IMG/VR virus record: IMGVR_UViG_3300035042_000015 | Coordinates: 1-25,365 of that record | Reading direction: 5' to 3' (one strand) | Length of the DNA stretch: 25,365 bases | From: a virus | Taxonomy: Duplodnaviria > Caudoviricetes | Shown: one piece after another, positions 23,569-25,365 of the stretch | Numbering within the stretch: the stretch's first letter is position 1 | How the letters are laid out: each line of letters starts with the position of its first letter | Program-made: the position numbers and the translations under genes | Notes under the pieces: model-generated | Database searches by the model: none | The model's input: only the letters and a program-made list of their open reading frames with translations | Told to the model about the DNA's origin: nothing

Positions 23569-24197
23569 GGGCACACCCCCTTGCCCCACCCGGCCGCCTC
23601 GTAGAGGGGTTCGAGCAGCAGCAGAATGCGCCGGGGATAGGCGCGGTTTTCCTTGATGGCCCAGGGGGCCCGGCCCGCGTTGACCGCTGCCACCTGGTCC
23701 CACCAGCGGGCCGGGTCCAACCCCTGGGCGGCGGCCAGGCGCTCGTCGCGCCGCAGCCAGCCGAGCCCGCCGTTATAGGCGGACAACATTTTCGCCGCGC
23801 GGTCGCAATTGGTCGCGGCGTGAACAAGCTTCCACAGGTACAGGTCATAGGCGGTCAGGGCGCGCAACGCCCAGCCCGGATTGAACGGATCGGCCTGGCC
23901 GACCTGCGGGGCTACCTCCGGCAGCCAGTCGGCCGTCTGCGGGGTGAACTGCGCCAGGCCGCCAGCATAGGGCGACCGGGCGTCGGGGTTCCACGCGCTC
24001 TCCTGGTGGACCTGGGCGGCCATGGTCGCGGTGGGCGCGTTCAGCCCCCACTCAGCGCGGGCGCAGCGGATGAGCGTCGAGCGGTACTGCTTGGCGCGGG
24101 TGGGGATGCCTCCGGCATGCGACCAGGCCGCCATGGCCAGCACGGTCAGGGCCGCGACCATGGCGGCCAGCCACAGTTCCCAATGGCGGCGGAACAT
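23565..24197 (-). CDS. Endolysin, soluble lytic transglycosylase (SLT) family, with N-terminal signal/anchor
   Basis: QES catalytic Glu, GLAQF.P.TA and AYNGG.G motifs, E...Y..RI; start MFRRHW (24197), TGATG overlap with the holin. Confidence 0.9.
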   Translation of the reverse strand: MFRRHWELWLAAMVAALTVLAMAAWSHAGGIPTRAKQYRSTLIRCARAEWGLNAPTATMAAQVHQESAWNPDARSPYAGGLAQFTPQTADWLPEVAPQVGQADPFNPGWALRALTAYDLYLWKLVHAATNCDRAAKMLSAYNGGLGWLRRDERLAAAQGLDPARWWDQVAAVNAGRAPWAIKENRAYPRRILLLLEPLYEAAGWGKGVCP

Positions 24198-24538
24198 CAG
24201 AGCCCCAGCCCCACGGCCAGCATGGCGGCGGCCACGATCAGGGCGCGGCGGGCCTGGGCCGCCCAAAAAGGCTTCCGGTCACTCCACGTGGAGTCGGGCG
24301 AAGGCACCTCTTGAACCTCCGAGGACATGGACAGCCCTTTAATCCTCGGGGGTAAGTACAGGTGCGGCCGTCCATACGGGAACAGCGCCCGGTCCAGGAT
24401 GTACCCGGCCACACCGGCCAGGAGGACCAGGCCGACCTTATAGACGATGACGGGCAGCTGTTGCGGGGAGATCAGGGCCACCGCGACGACCAGGGCCAGA
24501 GCCAGGATCGCGGTTTTTGTCATTCGGGGAGTATGCAT
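24197..24538 (-). CDS. Putative holin (3 TM)
   Basis: PQQLPV..YK..LV.LA...GY..DR.LFPY.RP and RRA.IVAA.ML.V.LGL motifs; first gene of the lysis cassette; RBS AAGGAGAGG. Confidence 0.88.
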   Translation of the reverse strand: MHTPRMTKTAILALALVVAVALISPQQLPVIVYKVGLVLLAGVAGYILDRALFPYGRPHLYLPPRIKGLSMSSEVQEVPSPDSTWSDRKPFWAAQARRALIVAAAMLAVGLGL

Positions 24539-24613
24539 CGGGCCTCTCCTTTTTGGAGGGCGGCCCGGTCAAGCAGAAAAACCCGGACCGCCCCCACAGG
24601 GGTATGGTAGATC

Positions 24614-24669
24614 GAGGCCCAACCCTACCCATCGGCGCGCGGCCGGTATTGTAACGGGTGTTACAAAAA
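24614..24669 (-). promoter_or_regulatory. Late lysis promoter (Mu Plys-like): dyad TTGTAAC-N4-GTTACAA plus -10 TAGGGT
   Basis: Identical 21-mer to 17236-17256; TAGGGT lies 21 nt downstream on the minus strand. Confidence 0.75.
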
Positions 24670-24694
24670 AGAAGGGCCGCCAGAGAGGCGGCCC
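24665..24694 (-). terminator. Intrinsic terminator after the lipoprotein gene
   Basis: Minus strand GGGCCGCC-TCTCT-GGCGGCCC followed by TTCTTTTTT. Confidence 0.88.
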
Positions 24695-24699
24695 GGAGG

Positions 24700-25149
24700 T
24701 TATAGCTTGATGACGAGGTCGGTGCCCGGCGATGGTGAGGGGCGGTCTAGGAATACGGCCTGGGCCTGGCGCTTTTGCAGGACCAGGGCTTTACCGTTGT
24801 CAAAAATGCCTATCTCGATGCGGTGCCCGCCCGCCTGGTAGTCGGCCGGGATCGCGCCGCCGTCACCCGCAACCTGGAAGGCCAGCGAGACGATCTTCAC
24901 CCAGGAGCCGTCGGCCAAGTGGACGTCATGGGCTGGGGAAACCCCGACCAGCTGCATGGAATCGTGGTACTTGACCAGGCCGGGTAGGCGTTCCTCCATG
25001 GAGGGCGCGACCGCCCGGATAACGGCGACGGTCTCGGCGGGTGTCCCGGCCGGGAGGGTCAGAGTCAACGCGGGTTGATCATCACCGGCACAGCCCGGCA
25101 GGAGAAAGAGCAGCGACACCAGAATGGAAAGCAGAATTACTCGTCTCAT
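24700..25149 (-). CDS. Predicted lipoprotein of unknown function (moron-like)
   Basis: MRRVILLSILVSLLFLLPGC: basic N-terminus, hydrophobic core and lipobox-like LPGC; ATGA-coupled to the upstream gene. Confidence 0.8.
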   Translation of the reverse strand: MRRVILLSILVSLLFLLPGCAGDDQPALTLTLPAGTPAETVAVIRAVAPSMEERLPGLVKYHDSMQLVGVSPAHDVHLADGSWVKIVSLAFQVAGDGGAIPADYQAGGHRIEIGIFDNGKALVLQKRQAQAVFLDRPSPSPGTDLVIKL

Positions 25150-25364
25150 TTTTTTAACCTCTCAAGCAGGCGATAGGCCTCGCGGGACCACCATACCACA
25201 CGGCCGAGAACAAGCCATGGAACATCGTCCGCGTCTTCGGCAAGGGCGTGCGGCAAGTAAGTTGGGTTCAAGCTGGAAAAAACGGATCGCTCGTACCCTT
25301 CGCTGTACATTTGAATACGCACTACCCCGTTGATATTGACCACATACGGGCACCCCAAGCGAAG
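25146..25364 (-). CDS. C-terminal end of an S24-peptidase-like domain protein (probable CI-type repressor), 5'-truncated by the window
   Basis: Frame is open to the window edge; S.NP.Y.P...VLGRVVW is the typical end of LexA/CI S24 domains. Confidence 0.65.
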   Translation of the reverse strand, partial: LRLGCPYVVNINGVVRIQMYSEGYERSVFSSLNPTYLPHALAEDADDVPWLVLGRVVWWSREAYRLLERLKK

Positions 25365-25365
25365 G

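Larger units (their letters stand above)
1..25365 (-). mobile_element. Mu-like (transposable) myovirus prophage, late region (lysis-head-tail); both ends lie outside the window
   Basis: Colinear run of Mu gp25-gp49-like genes on the minus strand: DUF3486 TerS, TerL, DUF935 portal, MuF, protease I, gpT, sheath gpL, tube, gp41-gp48. Confidence 0.96.

Overview
The window is the late (lysis, head and tail) region of a Mu-like transposable myovirus prophage in a high-GC genome. Essentially all genes are on the minus strand and many are coupled by ATGA/TGATG overlaps. In transcription order (right to left): C-terminal end of an S24-like (CI/LexA-type) protein, a lipoprotein and an intrinsic terminator; holin, SLT endolysin and Rz with embedded Rz1; gp25/gp26-like, TerS, TerL, portal and MuF with a PBECR-type C-terminal domain; a ~400-bp intergenic region; protease I (with internal scaffold), decoration protein, major capsid gpT, gp35, gp36, G-like, gp37, gp38, sheath, tube, gp41 chaperone (with a Mu-type GG GGG CGA -2 frameshift), tape measure and gp43-gp48; and a split tail-fibre/adhesin module that runs off the left edge. 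The most notable observation is a ~140-nt plus-strand, multi-stem, possibly pseudoknotted RNA (17470-17610) with a putative promoter and terminator of its own. It converges on the MuF-PBECR nuclease gene, at the position where a protein immunity gene would be expected, so it is a candidate RNA antitoxin or decoy. Other highlights are a major capsid protein with a 45-aa signal-peptide-like leader, and two identical 21-bp dyads marking late promoters, one of which predicts a leaderless protease mRNA. All family assignments come from motif recognition and synteny with phage Mu; no database searches were run.
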